Below, piece after piece: positions 25,848 to 44,592 of a stretch of DNA of 64,000 bases. Within the stretch, counting starts at the first letter, position 1. Each line of letters starts with the position of its first letter. The DNA is taken from NCBI RefSeq assembly GCF_009914755.1, contig NC_060925.1; one strand, written 5' to 3'. The notes beneath the pieces were generated by a model that worked only from the letters and a program-made list of their open reading frames with translations, was not told the origin of the DNA and made no database searches. The stretch is from the human T2T-CHM13v2.0 reference genome, Homo sapiens. The position numbers were made by a program, and so were the translations under genes.

Positions 25848-27702
25848 CCATCAGGATCCTTAACTTCGAATACCAGAGCTGGAAGTCTAAACCATTATAC
25901 AGAGGGGGAAGCTCAGGCCCACCGAGGGGAAGGGTCTTGCCCAAGCTCAGAAGCCAGATAAGGTTCTGACCCCCACTCCTTAGGGTCTCAGATGAAGTTT
26001 CTGAGCCTTTCACAGCTCCCTGTCTTTCCTGCTTGAGCAACTGGGGCCTGTGTTTGGGTACCGTGGGAGGGAGGGGTTAGGGCAAGAATACTCTAAATCA
26101 AAGCACCCGCCCAGCAGGGAAGGGGAGAAGTTTTAGTGCCTCTGAAAATACACTTTGCCTTTATGCTTTATTTCCTAAGACAGATATGTGTCACTAACGC
26201 AAGGAGATGATAGTGGGTTTTAACTTGCTTTTGTTTTTCACTATTTTGCTTCCCAGGCAGGAGGCCCAAGCCCTGACAACAGAGGTGAGAGAGGCTGTGC
26301 CAGCCCTTCTCTGGGCGTGTCTGGGCTCAAGGGCCAGGCTCTGTCTCCAGTCTAGGGCCAAGCTGGGGCCTGTGGCAGGATCAGATAGAGGTGAGTGCGT
26401 TTTCTGTGAGTGACCCCATCGAGGCCTAGCCCAGAACAGGTGGGGCTCTTTCTGGGCCTGGGTGGAGATCTTTGTCACTGGGCACAGGCTCAGTTTATGA
26501 CCAAGGTCAGGGCCCATCCTGGGATCAGGGAACAGGGAGAAGCAGCTCTTAGCTTCTCCCAGGACAGAACCAGCCCAGGATTCTTGTTCTAGTAGGGTGA
26601 GTTAGGCAGGCGTCTTGGAGCCCACAGGTCTTAGGCTCTTGGGCTAGAGCAGAGGCTCTGAGTGAAGGTGATGTCCCCGAGCTGAGGCCCAGGGTCTCTG
26701 ACTCACCACTGGGTGGGTTTTCAGGGCAGATGAACTCCCCATCTCGACCCACATTCCCCACCTTACAGCTCAGCCACCAGGACTCTGTGAACATGACTGG
26801 CCATCTCCTTCCACTGTTCCTACTTAAGGTCCTGGTGCTTACACAAGAAAGTGGTACCACAACCAGCTCTTTCTAGTGGCAGCTGGACTTGTGGGGGCGG
26901 GGAGGGCACAGCTTCTCTAACTGTCCTCAGGGCTCTGTCCAGAGGTATGGATTCTGGTAAACTGGCTAGCTGGAAAGAATAACCAAAAGCCCTCCACCAT
27001 GGTCAATTTCAGGCTACCCACATGACGCCACTACACGTGAAGTTGTGAAGAGATGTGCAGAATTGGCTCCAGCACCCCCCGTACCTGTTCCAGGACAGTC
27101 CCGTTGCCTTCCACGGGGCCCAGAAAGGGGCTGGGGTCCTGCTGGCTTGCCAAGTTAGGGTACCCTTGAGGACTTCCTGTCCTGCCCTTGTGCCTGTTGG
27201 TGTGACTGTGATTATGATTGTGGCTATAGTTGACATTGTGATTGTGATGGTTGAAGCTTCAGTTACTGGTGTGTTTTCAGTGACGGGGAGAAGAGGCCAG
27301 TGAAGTAAATGCCTCTGTCACTCAAGGGACACGGCCAGGTGCCCAGGGGTATGAGGGCCAATTAGGGCCCAGGGTCCTCAGGGCTGTGTTGTGGCTCTAT
27401 GCAGGAAACTGGAAACCTGATGTGACCTAATGAACACATCTCCTGCCACTCTCCCCTTCCTCCACTGTGCAGTGATGACCTGGCCTCATGCTGCATTGAG
27501 GAGACAGGAGCCCAGCTGTGGGACACGCTCACCTTTCCATGGTGTAATCTGTATTCCTACCTGCACCGTGCCCTTCTTCTTCTCCTTCCTGACTCACATC
27601 TGAGGTTGGGTCCCTCCTCTTATCAAAGGACAGTCTTTTTTTTTTTTTTTTTTTTTTTTTGAGACGGAGTCTTGCTCTCTAGCTCAGACTGGAGTGCAGT
27701 GA

Positions 27703-27981
<279 letters not shown>

Positions 27982-29064
27982 TAAAATGCTGATTCTTTAC
28001 GGGATGACTTTAGCCTCATCTCCCCCTTCCACCCCCGGCTCCTTGTGTTTCAGCTTCGATTGGCCCCTTTTCTGTTCTACAAGCACAACAAGCTTGTTCC
28101 TACCTCAGGGACTTGGAGCCCACAGTTGCCTCCCAGTCTCTGCGTGTCTGGTTACTCATCGTCCCAGTCTTGGCCCAAAGAGCCCTTCCCTGACCTTTCC
28201 CTCTAAAGGGGGCTCCCCAGTTACTCTCCATGTTTTCACCTTTGTTGTGGTCAGCCCAGCACTGATGGGTCACCTTGTTTACTGCAGTGTGACTTGTTTC
28301 AGGGTCTTCCCCACTAGAGTGTAAGCTCCATGAGGGCAGCGTGCTCATTGTCTGTGGTACCTGGAATCTGGCTGGTACCAGATAAATGCACATGGAATAT
28401 ATAGTACATGTCTGTGTTTATTTCCCCTTTGTTGTCCCTGGGCCATTGCTAACATCTTGTTTGCAGGTCCAAGCCTGGTTTCTTCTCTCCACCGGGCTCT
28501 AAAGGGAATGGGCCAAGCTTCCCCCCAACATTTGGGCCAGAGTATGAAAGAGGGGCTAGTGCTCTGCAGGTGCCCCTGTGGTGGGGGGCAGCAGAGGTTG
28601 CTGGGTGAGCTCAAGGGGCTTTGAGCCTCCTGGGGTTGAGAGGTCCGGGCGCCTCCAACTTTGATTTGCTTTTGGTACAGAGGGCAGCATTTCCTCCAGC
28701 TTCTATGTGTATCCCGGCCCCCGGGCTTCCTCTCTGAGCAGGACTTTCATTGTTTTCTGTCTGCCTTGTGCCCATTTCCTCCTTCCTCCCTCACTCCTGA
28801 GGACGAACTCCTCCTCTTATCAAAGGACAGCCCTTCCTGTCTTCCCATTACATTCAAAGCCCCTTTCTCTTTGGGGAGGAGCCCCCACTACATGAGTCTT
28901 GATGGACATCTGGGCCCTATTGCCCACTATAGAAGCTGGAGGGGACCACAGACCCCTCTTCCTACTCCCTGGCAGAGAGGACATGGGCACATAACCTGGG
29001 GCGGCCAAGGGGCGTAGCCCAGGGCTTGGAGTGAGTGATGCCAAGACAGGAGGGTAAGAATTCA

Positions 29065-29601
<537 letters not shown>

Positions 29602-30116
29602 TCAGGGTTGAGCCCCCTCCCTCCTCCACCATATCTCCTGAGGCCCCTCCTACCAGGTATCCCAGCTGAAGAGGTTCTTCCCTGGGAACTGCTGCCTCAG
29701 CCCAGATTCAAGTCAGACAACAGGAAGGACTTCCTGACTGGGGGGGATGGGAGGCCCTGGACAAGGTCAGTGGGGGCATTTCTATCCCAAGACAAGGGAC
29801 TGACTTCTGGAGGCCCTTTTCCAAATGACAGACAAAAAGAGCAGAGTCTTCTTCAGCCTGGCCAGGGCGGGCAGGGAAGGTTTTTAGAACAGGGTGAAGC
29901 ACTTAGGGCCAAAGAGCACCAAGATTAAGAGCTCAGACTCCCTTGTTACATCCCAGCTCTGTCACTAACTAGTTGTGTCATCTTGGGTAAGCTACTTAAC
30001 TCTGCTTCAGTTTTTTTAATCTGTAAAATGGGAGCAATAGTAGTACCTATCTCAGGAGGTTTAAATCAGTGAGTTGAAATTTGTAAAGTGTCAGAGCAGT
30101 GCCTGGCACAAAGTGA

Positions 30117-30460
<344 letters not shown>

Positions 30461-31370
30461 TAAATGTTTAATAAAATAAAGATATTAGCAGCTTCCATGT
30501 GGGAGCCACCTGGGCGCTGGGCACTGTGCCAGATTCTTTATTTGCATTACCTCGAATCCCCACATTACTCGATCAGATAATTCTTCTTGCTCCTATCCTG
30601 CAGATGAGGAAACTGAGGCCCAGAGAGGGGAAGTCAGTTGTGTAAGTTGACCTAGACAGATTCTTCGAGTTCCCTACATTATCACACTCTTGCTTTTCTC
30701 CACCACAAAGGCAAAACATTGATGAGGCAGGGGGACGGACAAAATGGGCCTTCCAGAGGTGCTCTCAGACCCTCCCAGCCACACTACAGCCGCAGAGCCC
30801 TCCGCTCACAAACCATCCTGGCCTCATCAGAACCTGGGGAGGGTTCCTAGTTGTGCAGGGTAAGTAGTATGCTCAGAGCTGCAAACATCTCATTAAGCAA
30901 TTACCACAGGGAGCACCAAGGCAAGGAAGTGATCTCACTGCCATCTCGACACCACCCTGCCGCCAGGGTGGGAGTAATGGGGGTAATCATGGCAGCGGTG
31001 GCAGTGACATTGATGGTGATGCTGAGTGACGAAAAGGTGATGGCTCTATTAGATCTCGATGTTGGCGGAGGAAGTGAGGGGGCTGGTAATGACTTGAGGG
31101 TAGTTCAAGTGATTGCTAATGGTGGTGGCAGATCATAGTCTTGGTGGAAAGGTGACAGTGGTAGTGGTGATTTGTGGGGCAGACGCTGTGGCTTGGCTCT
31201 CTCAAGTCCATTTTACCCTCCTAGCTGGGGCAGCTGGACAGCAAAGCACTGCCTGTCCCTTCCCTGCGGTGCCTGCGTGGGGGACAGGCTCCACCAAGAG
31301 ACTCACTGCAGCAGGGTTTGGAAGGCAGAAGTGAGGCTCAATCCTCTCTGTGCTTCAGTTTCCTCATTTA

Positions 31371-31785
<415 letters not shown>

Positions 31786-31819
31786 TTATTAATTTTAAGT
31801 TATTTTGTGCCCCCTTTTG

Positions 31820-32185
31820 GCTGTTTCTGCCAGCCTGCAAGGTCGCAGGAACACGAGGTTTTTCTGCACTGGTGATCTGGTGTCAGGCTCCAGCCTCGAG
31901 CTTGCTCAGAGGTAGTCGCAGGGATGAAAGCAGGGGTAGCAGCTTCTTAAATCCAGCTTTCTGATCCCTGCATTGAAGCTTCAGTGGTAAGTTCTTGAAT
32001 TCATAGCTCTGGCGTTGACTTTCTCAGTGGGTCGAGTATGGAAAGGTCTGGAATCATTCCTGGAGGCCTGGCTCATTGAGCCTCTCTGATGGTTGTGCAA
32101 GGACCTACTGCTCTGTATTAAATACTTTGCTGCTAAAAACACCAAGAGGGGTTTCTGTTTCCTGCATTGACCCTGCCCTCACCAG
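31820..32185 (+). mobile_element. Old ERVL LTR fragment (LTR67B-like)
   Basis: TCATTCCTGGA...CTGTATTAAAT...GGTTTCTGTTTCCTGCA 3' end as recalled for LTR67B. Confidence 0.5.
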
Positions 32186-32639
32186 ACCCTGCCGCATTCT
32201 CTGCATCCCCTCTTCTGGGTCCTCATCTCTGCTGCTCCTTCCTTGGCGTCATCATTGCCACCTCCATGCGTTCTGGAACTCTACCTTCCAGGCTCCCCCT
32301 CCCTGAGTCCTCTCCTCTCGGTCTCTTCCTCTTCCTCCTTCACGGTGGGGCTTCTCGGGGGGCTGGCCACCGCAGCCTCACATGTCCCAAACTCATTGCA
32401 TGGTCTTCTCTCCCCAGTTTGGCCTGTTTTAGCCTGGGGCCCAAACCACAAAGAAAGCTGGGAGCCTCCTTAGAACTTGAGCCTCTTTCCTCCCTCCACT
32501 CTGTCTGGGCCTTCTAACATTCAGTGAGCGCCTACTGTGTACTGGGCCGAGCAGCACCCAGAGTTGAGGCTGACCCAGGGTGGGCTCCTGGATGTATGTA
32601 AACACCTGTGAAGTTCCGCAAATGGGAGGGATGGGGGAG

Positions 32640-33661
<1,022 letters not shown>

Positions 33662-34397
33662 TAGTAGAGATGGGGTTTCACCATGTTAGCCAGGATATTC
33701 TCGATCTCCTGACCTTGTGATCTGCCCACTTCGGCCTCCCAAAGTGCTGGGATTACAGGTGTGAGCCACTGCGCCCGGCAATCCAATTTCTAACTACATA
33801 TTTATTCGTGTGATTAACTACTGGATGTCTGTAAGTCGTCCGGGTGCAAGGACAGTACCTACCTCGTTCACCAGGATATACTGGAAGCCCGGCACCATGC
33901 CTGGCTTACATAAGAGGCACTCTGTAAAAGCTGAATGAGTGAATGGAGGGATGAATGAATGAAAGCACTCTGTAAACTCTAAAGCAGGGGTGATGGGAAA
34001 GGATGGACGATAGTGATTGTAAAATAACTACTGTCTAGCAGGCAGAGGCAGCAACACAGCAGGAGTCTCCCCAGCCTGTGGCTGGGCAGGCTGTACCCTG
34101 AGTGGCCTCTTCCCCACCGCACCTCACCCTACACTCCAGGGTCACAAGCTTGGTAAGTCTGAAAATAACAGCAGCTATTTCACCCATACTGCCTCATTGA
34201 ACCTGCACGAGAGGATCTTGGGGTGATGCTATCATTATTCCCACTGTAAAGATTTGGAAACTGGGGCTCAGGGAGCTTCAGTAATTTACCCAAGATAAAT
34301 GAATGGTGGGGCTGGGATTCAAACATAGGTCTATCGAAGGTCATAGCCCACCCAAGCGTTCATGTTGACACTCTCCTGCCCCTCTGGTCACCTTTAA

Positions 34398-34664
<267 letters not shown>

Positions 34665-36399
34665 TGATCGCCCGCCTCAGCCTCCTAAAGTGCTGGGATT
34701 ACAGGCATGAGCCACCATGCCAGGCCACCCGTCCCCATCTTGTCTTCTCTGGAGTCCCTGTGCTCTCCCCAGCAGCTTTGAGCAGGCACCTCTCAGAGCC
34801 TCATTTTACCTGTCTGTAAAATGGACACACACATCTCTGACTGTTTTGTAATGAAGGTCCACGAGGATGGGAATGTTTTTTGTAAAACATGTAAACATGT
34901 TCTGTGTAAAAGGGCTGAGTGAGGTGGAGCCCAGGTAGTGAAGACGCTGCAGTGACCTGCCCAAGGTCACCCTGTGGTGGCAGGGGAACAGGTCTCTGCC
35001 CTCTGGCTGGGCACCATGGGCAAGTGAGTGTGAGGGTGGGTGGCTGTGTGAGTGTGACTGTGCGTGTAGACTACCCCAGGACCAACCTCTTGAAGGTCAA
35101 GAAAAGCCCCTGTTGCAGGCCGGGCATGGGTGGCTCACGCCTGTAATCCCAACACTTTGGGAGGCCGAGGCGGGTGGATCATCTGAGGTCAGGAGTTTGA
35201 GACCAGCCTGGCCAACAGGGTGAAATCCCGTCTCTACTAAAAACACAAATATTAGCCCGGCGTGGTGGTGGGCACCTGTAATCCCAGCTACTCAGAAGCA
35301 GAGGCAGGAGAATTTCTTGAACCTTGGGAGGCAGAGGTTGCAGTGAGCCAAGTTTGCGCCGTTGCACCCGAGCCTGGGTGACAAGAGAGAAACTCCGATT
35401 CAAAAAAAAAAAAAAAAAAAGGAAAAGCCCCTGCTGCTTCCAATTTTAAGGCTTCCAGTGTTATTAAATTAAAAAATAAAAAGGCTGCGGAAAACATCAT
35501 GCATTTTAAAGGTTTATGTTTAACAAACGAACTTTTTAAAAACACACACACAATGCAATGCCATGTAATTGTGCTATTATTCACAAGATAATTAGAGGAT
35601 TTATAGAAAATATGAATTCATAGTGCACAGTGGGAGGTGTGGCTGGGTAATGAGATGCAAGCGCACAGTGGCCTGGCGAGCAGCTCCTGCGTTCCTCCCA
35701 TTGTGTCCCTTTGTTACTACATGTTACATCCTCATTTGGGCATACCAGTGGCCAAGAGACCTTCCTCCACCTGGCCTCTGCCTCGTGTTATCTCCCCACA
35801 CTCGGCACCCTCTCTGGCTTTTTTTTTTTTTTTTGAGACAGTGTCTTTTTTTGAGACACAGGGCAGGGACAAGTCTTTGGTTAATCTTCCATTAATTAAT
35901 CTATGTATCAGTTACTCACAGATGTTTATTGAGCTCCTATTTTGTATTCTGGAATCCATGTTTTGCTCTGGGGACATGGCAGTGAAGAAAACAGACAAGG
36001 TCCCTGCTCTCGGGAAGCCCACAGTCTTGGGTGGGAGACAGACACTTAAGTAAATCAGGCCATATAAACAGTGATAGGGGCTGTGAAGGGCATTAACAGG
36101 AACTGAGATGGAATTACAGGAGACTGGCCGGATGCAGTGGCTCACGCTTGTGAGCTGGGATTACAGGGGTCTGCCACCATGCCTGGCTAATTTTTTGTAT
36201 TTTTACGTTATTTATTTATTTATTTATTTTTGAGACAGAGTCTTGCTTTGTTGCCCAGGCTAGAGTACAGTAGCGCTATCTCAGCTCACTGCAACCTCTG
36301 CCTCTCAGGTTCAGTTCAAGTGATTCTCCTGTCTCAGCTTCCCGAGCAGCTGGGATTGCAGGCGCCCGCCACCACGCTCGGCTAATTTTTGTATTTTTA

Positions 36400-36489
<90 letters not shown>

Positions 36490-36714
36490 TTACAGGTGTG
36501 AGCCACTGTGCCCAGTCCCAAACCATATTTGAATTAGAGCTGAAGGGCTCCAGGCCCAAATGACTGTTGAGGGGCAGGACCAGCTGCGTCACTGTCACTC
36601 TCCTTTCCAGAGAAAAGCTATTCTGGTCCAATTCCTAGCTGCGTGCCTTTGGGAAAACTCTTTCATCTCTCTGTGCCTCAGTTTCTTCATCTGTAAAATT
36701 TTTTTTTTTTTTGA

Positions 36715-36819
<105 letters not shown>

Positions 36820-36861
36820 TGAGTAGCTGGATTACAGGTACCCGCCACCATGACCGGCTAA

Positions 36862-37113
<252 letters not shown>

Positions 37114-37508
37114 TAGCCGGGATTACAGGCATCCACCACCACGTTCGGCTAATTTTTGTATTTTTAGTAGAGACGGGATTTCACCATGTTGGCCAGGCTG
37201 GTCTCGAACTACTGACCTCAGGTGATCCGCCTGCCTGGGTCTCCCAAAGTGCTGGGATTACAGGTGTGAGCCACTGCGCCCAGCTGTAAAATGATAATAA
37301 GCATACCTTAAATATAACTTCCTTTTAAGGCTATTCAAGAAATAAATGTGCTAAGGGCCTGTAAAGGGCTGAGCACAGAGGCTGGCATAGTCAGTGCTCA
37401 ATAAATGGAAAGGAGAAGATGGAGATGAGGAGGATGGAGGTCCAGAAAGTTGGAGAAGTGTTGGCCTGGTTTCCTCTATCCTGGGACGTCAGGGCTCCCC
37501 TCAGCCTT

Positions 37509-37540
37509 GGCAGTTCCAGGAATGGCCACGAGATGGCGCC
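37509..37540 (+). promoter_or_regulatory. CTCF site with upstream (U/M2) module
   Basis: TGGCCACGAGATGGCGCC at 37523-37540, preceded 5 bp upstream by GGCAGTTCC (37509-37517). Confidence 0.7.
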
Positions 37541-38903
37541 TGAATCCCAGTTATGAGGGACTCAGCGGCGCTTCTTAGCAGAGGAAGCTGTTTGCGAGGA
37601 AAAAGGGCCAGAGAAGCAGGTAGGCTCCTCAAGCTTGGATGGAGTGGGGCTTGGCACTAGATTTGCTTAAAGTCCAGCCACTTCAGCCTCTCCCTTCGGT
37701 TTGTCTCCTAGGGGTTCCCTGTACGTACCCCTTTCCCTCCAGCACTGGAGCCCGAGTCTCCCGCTGAGCAGGCACCTCTCCCTCCACGCCCAGGCTTCTT
37801 AAACCAACCCCTCCTCCCCTTGTCATTCATGAACCAGGTAGGAGGACTTAACGGAACACTTCCTGTGGGCCTTGCAGGGTGGGGAGCCAGAGGAAATGAC
37901 CTGGTTCCTGTTCTTAGCATCCTGGGGGTGGGATAGGAGGTAGGAATAGAAACCAAAAGAGATAAATGGAAAACAGGCAGGATTGGCTTAAGACTTCTCC
38001 ATCTGTAGGCCGAACCCGTTATCCTCATTTTGCAGATGCAGAAACTGAGGCTCAGAAGCGTTCGGCCACGTGCATGCATTGCCTTTCCCATTGGTGCTCC
38101 ATCGCCAGTAATGGATAAGTAATAAGTAATAAGGTGAGTTATATCTAAATATATCCATAGACTCATTCAACAGCATCTACAAGAGCGCCGCAGTTCCAGC
38201 AAGGATCAGACTTGGCCCCTGCCCTTGGGAGCTGGCAGTCTGGAGGGTGAGGCTGGGTCTGGGGACCCAGAGGATGCAGTTGTTGGTCTCACCTGAACCG
38301 GTTGTGGGAGGGAAGGGAGGAAATGTGTGAGAGACTTTGTAGATTTCTTATGCGCAAAGGACCTGCTCCAGGATAACTTTCAAAGAGGCAATATCATGAC
38401 TCCCATACAAATTAAAATGAACATGTGTCAAAGATTTTCTTTGACTTATTAATTGACATGGAATCAGCAAGATGTTAAAATAAGTTCAACTGAGAATTTG
38501 ACTTACGGGTATTTATATTCTCTACTGGACAAAATTCCTTTGCACGGTTATGAGCAGGAATCATTTGCTTTGTGATCTGTTTTCCTCAGATTGCCTCTAT
38601 CCCTACAGAGCTATAAAGCCAATCAAAGACAATCAAAAGCACACAAGCACACACCCCTAAAGAATCAGATCATCACTAGAGGGTCACAGCCAACACCCGG
38701 CACTCCTCTGAAAGGAACACACCCAGAAATCTCTTGCCTTTTCCCAGGCTTTGATATATTTTCTTGGCCAACTCCTGGAAGGATCAGGATGAATCAGGTA
38801 GCAGCCATTGCTGAGCAGGCAGGCCATCTTAGAGCTTGGTCCTCCTCTTTGCAAAATCTTCCCCATTCAGGCGGTAACTTCTAGCTGCAGCCAGGGTCAG
38901 TAA

Positions 38904-38922
38904 CCGCCAGCAGGTGGCGCTG
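38904..38922 (+). promoter_or_regulatory. CTCF site
   Basis: CCAGCAGGTGGCGC at 38907-38920 fully matches the CCASYAGRKGGCRS core, in a locally CpG-retaining patch. Confidence 0.75.
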
Positions 38923-39598
38923 AGGCAAAAATCTCAGCCGCACGTGGGGAATTCTTTGACCCTTGCGGCCCCGCAGGAGTCAGGTTTCCTGACTTCAGGA
39001 TTTCACGGGACCCTTTCTCCCCACCCCCTCCCCACCTTCTTCTTCTCCTCCTTCTCCTTATCCTTCTTCTCCTCCTCCTTCCTTCTTTTTTTTTTTTGGT
39101 TGTTGTTGTTTAGTTTTTTGAGACGTGGTCTCGCTATGTTGCCCAAGCTGGTCTTGAACCCCTGGGCTCAAGTGATTCACCCGCCTCGGCCTCCCAAAGT
39201 GCAGGGATCACAGGCGTGAGTCACCGCGCCGGGCCATTCCCCCTCTTTTGGTTCAAGTTTTCTCATGATCACAGGGCTGCTTCCAAGTGAGCTCATCTCC
39301 AGCCATAAATTCAGCCATTCACTGATTCAATCAATCTTTGATTTGACAAAGTGTCCAGGCCCCAAGTCGTATTCCTGAGGCTCTCCAGGAATTCTTTGTG
39401 TCCAAGAAGCAGCCCTTGTCTCTGCTTGTCCGGCTTTGCTGCTCCCAGAAGGAGCAAGGCCTCACTCACCTTTGAGGATGAATTCTGCCATCTCAGGGCC
39501 CCATCCCATGCTGCCCCCCCCCCACCCCTGCCCTGCCTTTGGGTGTATCCACACCCCCCTGGAAACCTGGAAAAGGCACCTCAGCAGAGGATGAATAA

Positions 39599-40096
<498 letters not shown>

Positions 40097-40875
40097 TAAA
40101 CTCACATTCATGGAGGACTGCAGCATAAGAAGCACCTCCTATGCGCTTCCCAAGGGCCTGGAAAGTTCTCCAGAATGTAGTGGGAATAACTACAAGCACA
40201 GTCCCATCCCAACTCAGCAGGCAAGGAGTGCTGGGGTGACCACAGCTCCCTCCTCAGCTGAGACCCTGCCCTGGGGTAGGGGCAGCAGGCCAAGGGGAAG
40301 GAGGTGGGCAGGCAGGGTGTGCAGGCCATCATGGTAGTGAGGTCTGCACCGGGGCCAGGGCACACATCTGTCCCACTGGGTGCTGGCTGGGCAGTGTTTC
40401 CCTGGCTCCTTGGCTCTTCCCTGTATGCTGGGTGCACAATTGTGGGGCATCAGGGAGAAAACCTTCCTCTTCTAGGTTAGGGTCTCTGCCCTCTGCCCCG
40501 TGACTGTGACAGCAGCAGGAAAGAAGTCACCACAGTGCTCCTGCATCTCAGGGATTCCCTAAAAGGAGAATCAGAGAAAAGAGTAGGAGTCCTTGGGAAG
40601 CAGATCCTGAGCAGAAAGGTCCCTGGTCTCTGGCCACCTGAGGCCTATAGGCAGTGAGATCTGCTGGGAATGAAGTGGATGGTGGGGTAAATTTGAAGGC
40701 AGGTAGGGGAGAAGCAGCACCAGACCCCCAGGGCCCGGACAGGCCAGCGGGCTTCCTGCAGTTTGCACGACCTTGCATCTCCCTTCCTTTCCTGGGAAGC
40801 ATGTGGTCTGATAGCTTCCAGGATGACAGCTTGTGCTGGGGCCTGGACTTCTCTGCTCTGACAGATTCAGACATC

Positions 40876-42029
<1,154 letters not shown>

Positions 42030-42312
42030 ATATCCCAGAGTTATTCCATCAGGATGGGTCCCTGGGGGTTTTGTAAAGGCAGTATTTCATTTCCTCAGAT
42101 GTACTGTGAGAAACTGCTGGAATTTCTGGTTTGGGGAAGGCTGAGCCCCTCAGAGGTCTAGATGAGATTTTTTGGTTTCTTCCTTTGCTGGGAAAAACGG
42201 ATCAGGATGGCCTCGTTTAGACTGTCAGACACTCTGGGATCCTTGGACTTCCCTCAGGAGAAGAAAAGTTGGACCTTCTACCACCAATAGGAAGGGCACT
42301 CAGAAATCCTGG

Positions 42313-42901
42313 TGATACGGCTCTGATGAGTGGAGGAACACCAGGGTCCTTGGTTCTCATGCTGGTTTAGATAAAACGACACAGACACATGTAGAGTTGT
42401 TTTAAGGAGTGGAGAGTTTAATAGGCAAGAAGGGAGAAGGCAGAAAGAAGAAGCTCCCCCATACAGAGACAGAGAGAGGAGGGCTCCAAAGCTGAGAGAG
42501 GGAACCCCAAGTGGGGTGCAAACCAGCCGGGTATATATACAGAGGCTGGAGGAGGCGGTGTCTGATTTGCATGGGGCTCAGGGGATTGGTTTGACCAGGC
42601 CTGTCATTCACTTAGCCCGCAAAAAAGCTGGCCCTCCCACCCTAGCCTTTTAATATGCAAATGCAGGGTGCCAGGATGTTTTACACACGTGGGGATATGT
42701 GGGGGCAGCCATGTTGCCAGGAACATGTGGGGCAAGAGCAAGAAGGCTGCAGGAATTGCCATGTTGGGTGGACCCAGTTTCTAATGACCTGCATTTGCAT
42801 ATTAAAGGCTTTTCTGGAGATGCTTTAAAAAACAAAAACTTTCCAAGGACTCCTTTTCCTCTCTATCTGCCTAAAATAATTTCTTAATAACTCCTACAAC
42901 A
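42313..42901 (-). mobile_element. Solo ERV1 LTR, LTR9-family (HUERS-P3)-like
   Basis: The minus strand begins TGTTGTAGGAGTTATTAAGAAATTATTTTAGGCAGATAG and ends ...GTATCA. Flanks CTGG/CTAG (4-bp TSD with one mismatch). Confidence 0.75.
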
Positions 42902-43197
42902 CTAGTATTCTGAATATCAGAGGAACTGTGGATTTAATTTGGCTGTTATGCTGATGAAGCAGGGTGCACCTGAGAGGGCCAGGAATGTTAGCAGCCGTGT
43001 CCTATGGCGTGGGCTCCCTCCCTCCGTTTCCAAAGGGGCAGATACAGGAGAAGGTGGAGGGCTCTGCACAGCTGCCTTTGGTGCCTGAAGTCCCACTGAG
43101 GCAAATCTGGGCCACACAGCCTCACTCCATTACCGCCTTTATGAGTGATTTCTGGAGATATTCCAAGCCCAGCACATTCTTATCCTCAGGTATTTTA

Positions 43198-44362
<1,165 letters not shown>

Positions 44363-44462
44363 TGGAGGCTGGCTACCTCACCAGCCTTTGGGTTAATCTT
44401 CAGGTAAATCTTCAAACTTTATACTCAGTGGTTCCCATGCCTCCGAGAACTACCTAAGAGAA

Positions 44463-44592
44463 CCCATTTATGCCTGAGGTTGCAATTTTTTGAATTTTTG
44501 CAATGAGACCTTGGCGGTGCCCTTGAGCAGTAGGATATAAATAACTCCCACATGCTTAGTGTTCCAATAATGGAACACTAGGCATAAATGGG
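44463..44592 (-). mobile_element. MER85, non-autonomous piggyBac (PGBD3-derived) MITE
   Basis: Terminal inverted repeats CCCATTTATGCCT / AGGCATAAATGGG, internal palindrome GTTCCAATAATGGAAC at 44561-44576, and a body matching MER85 as recalled. Confidence 0.85.
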
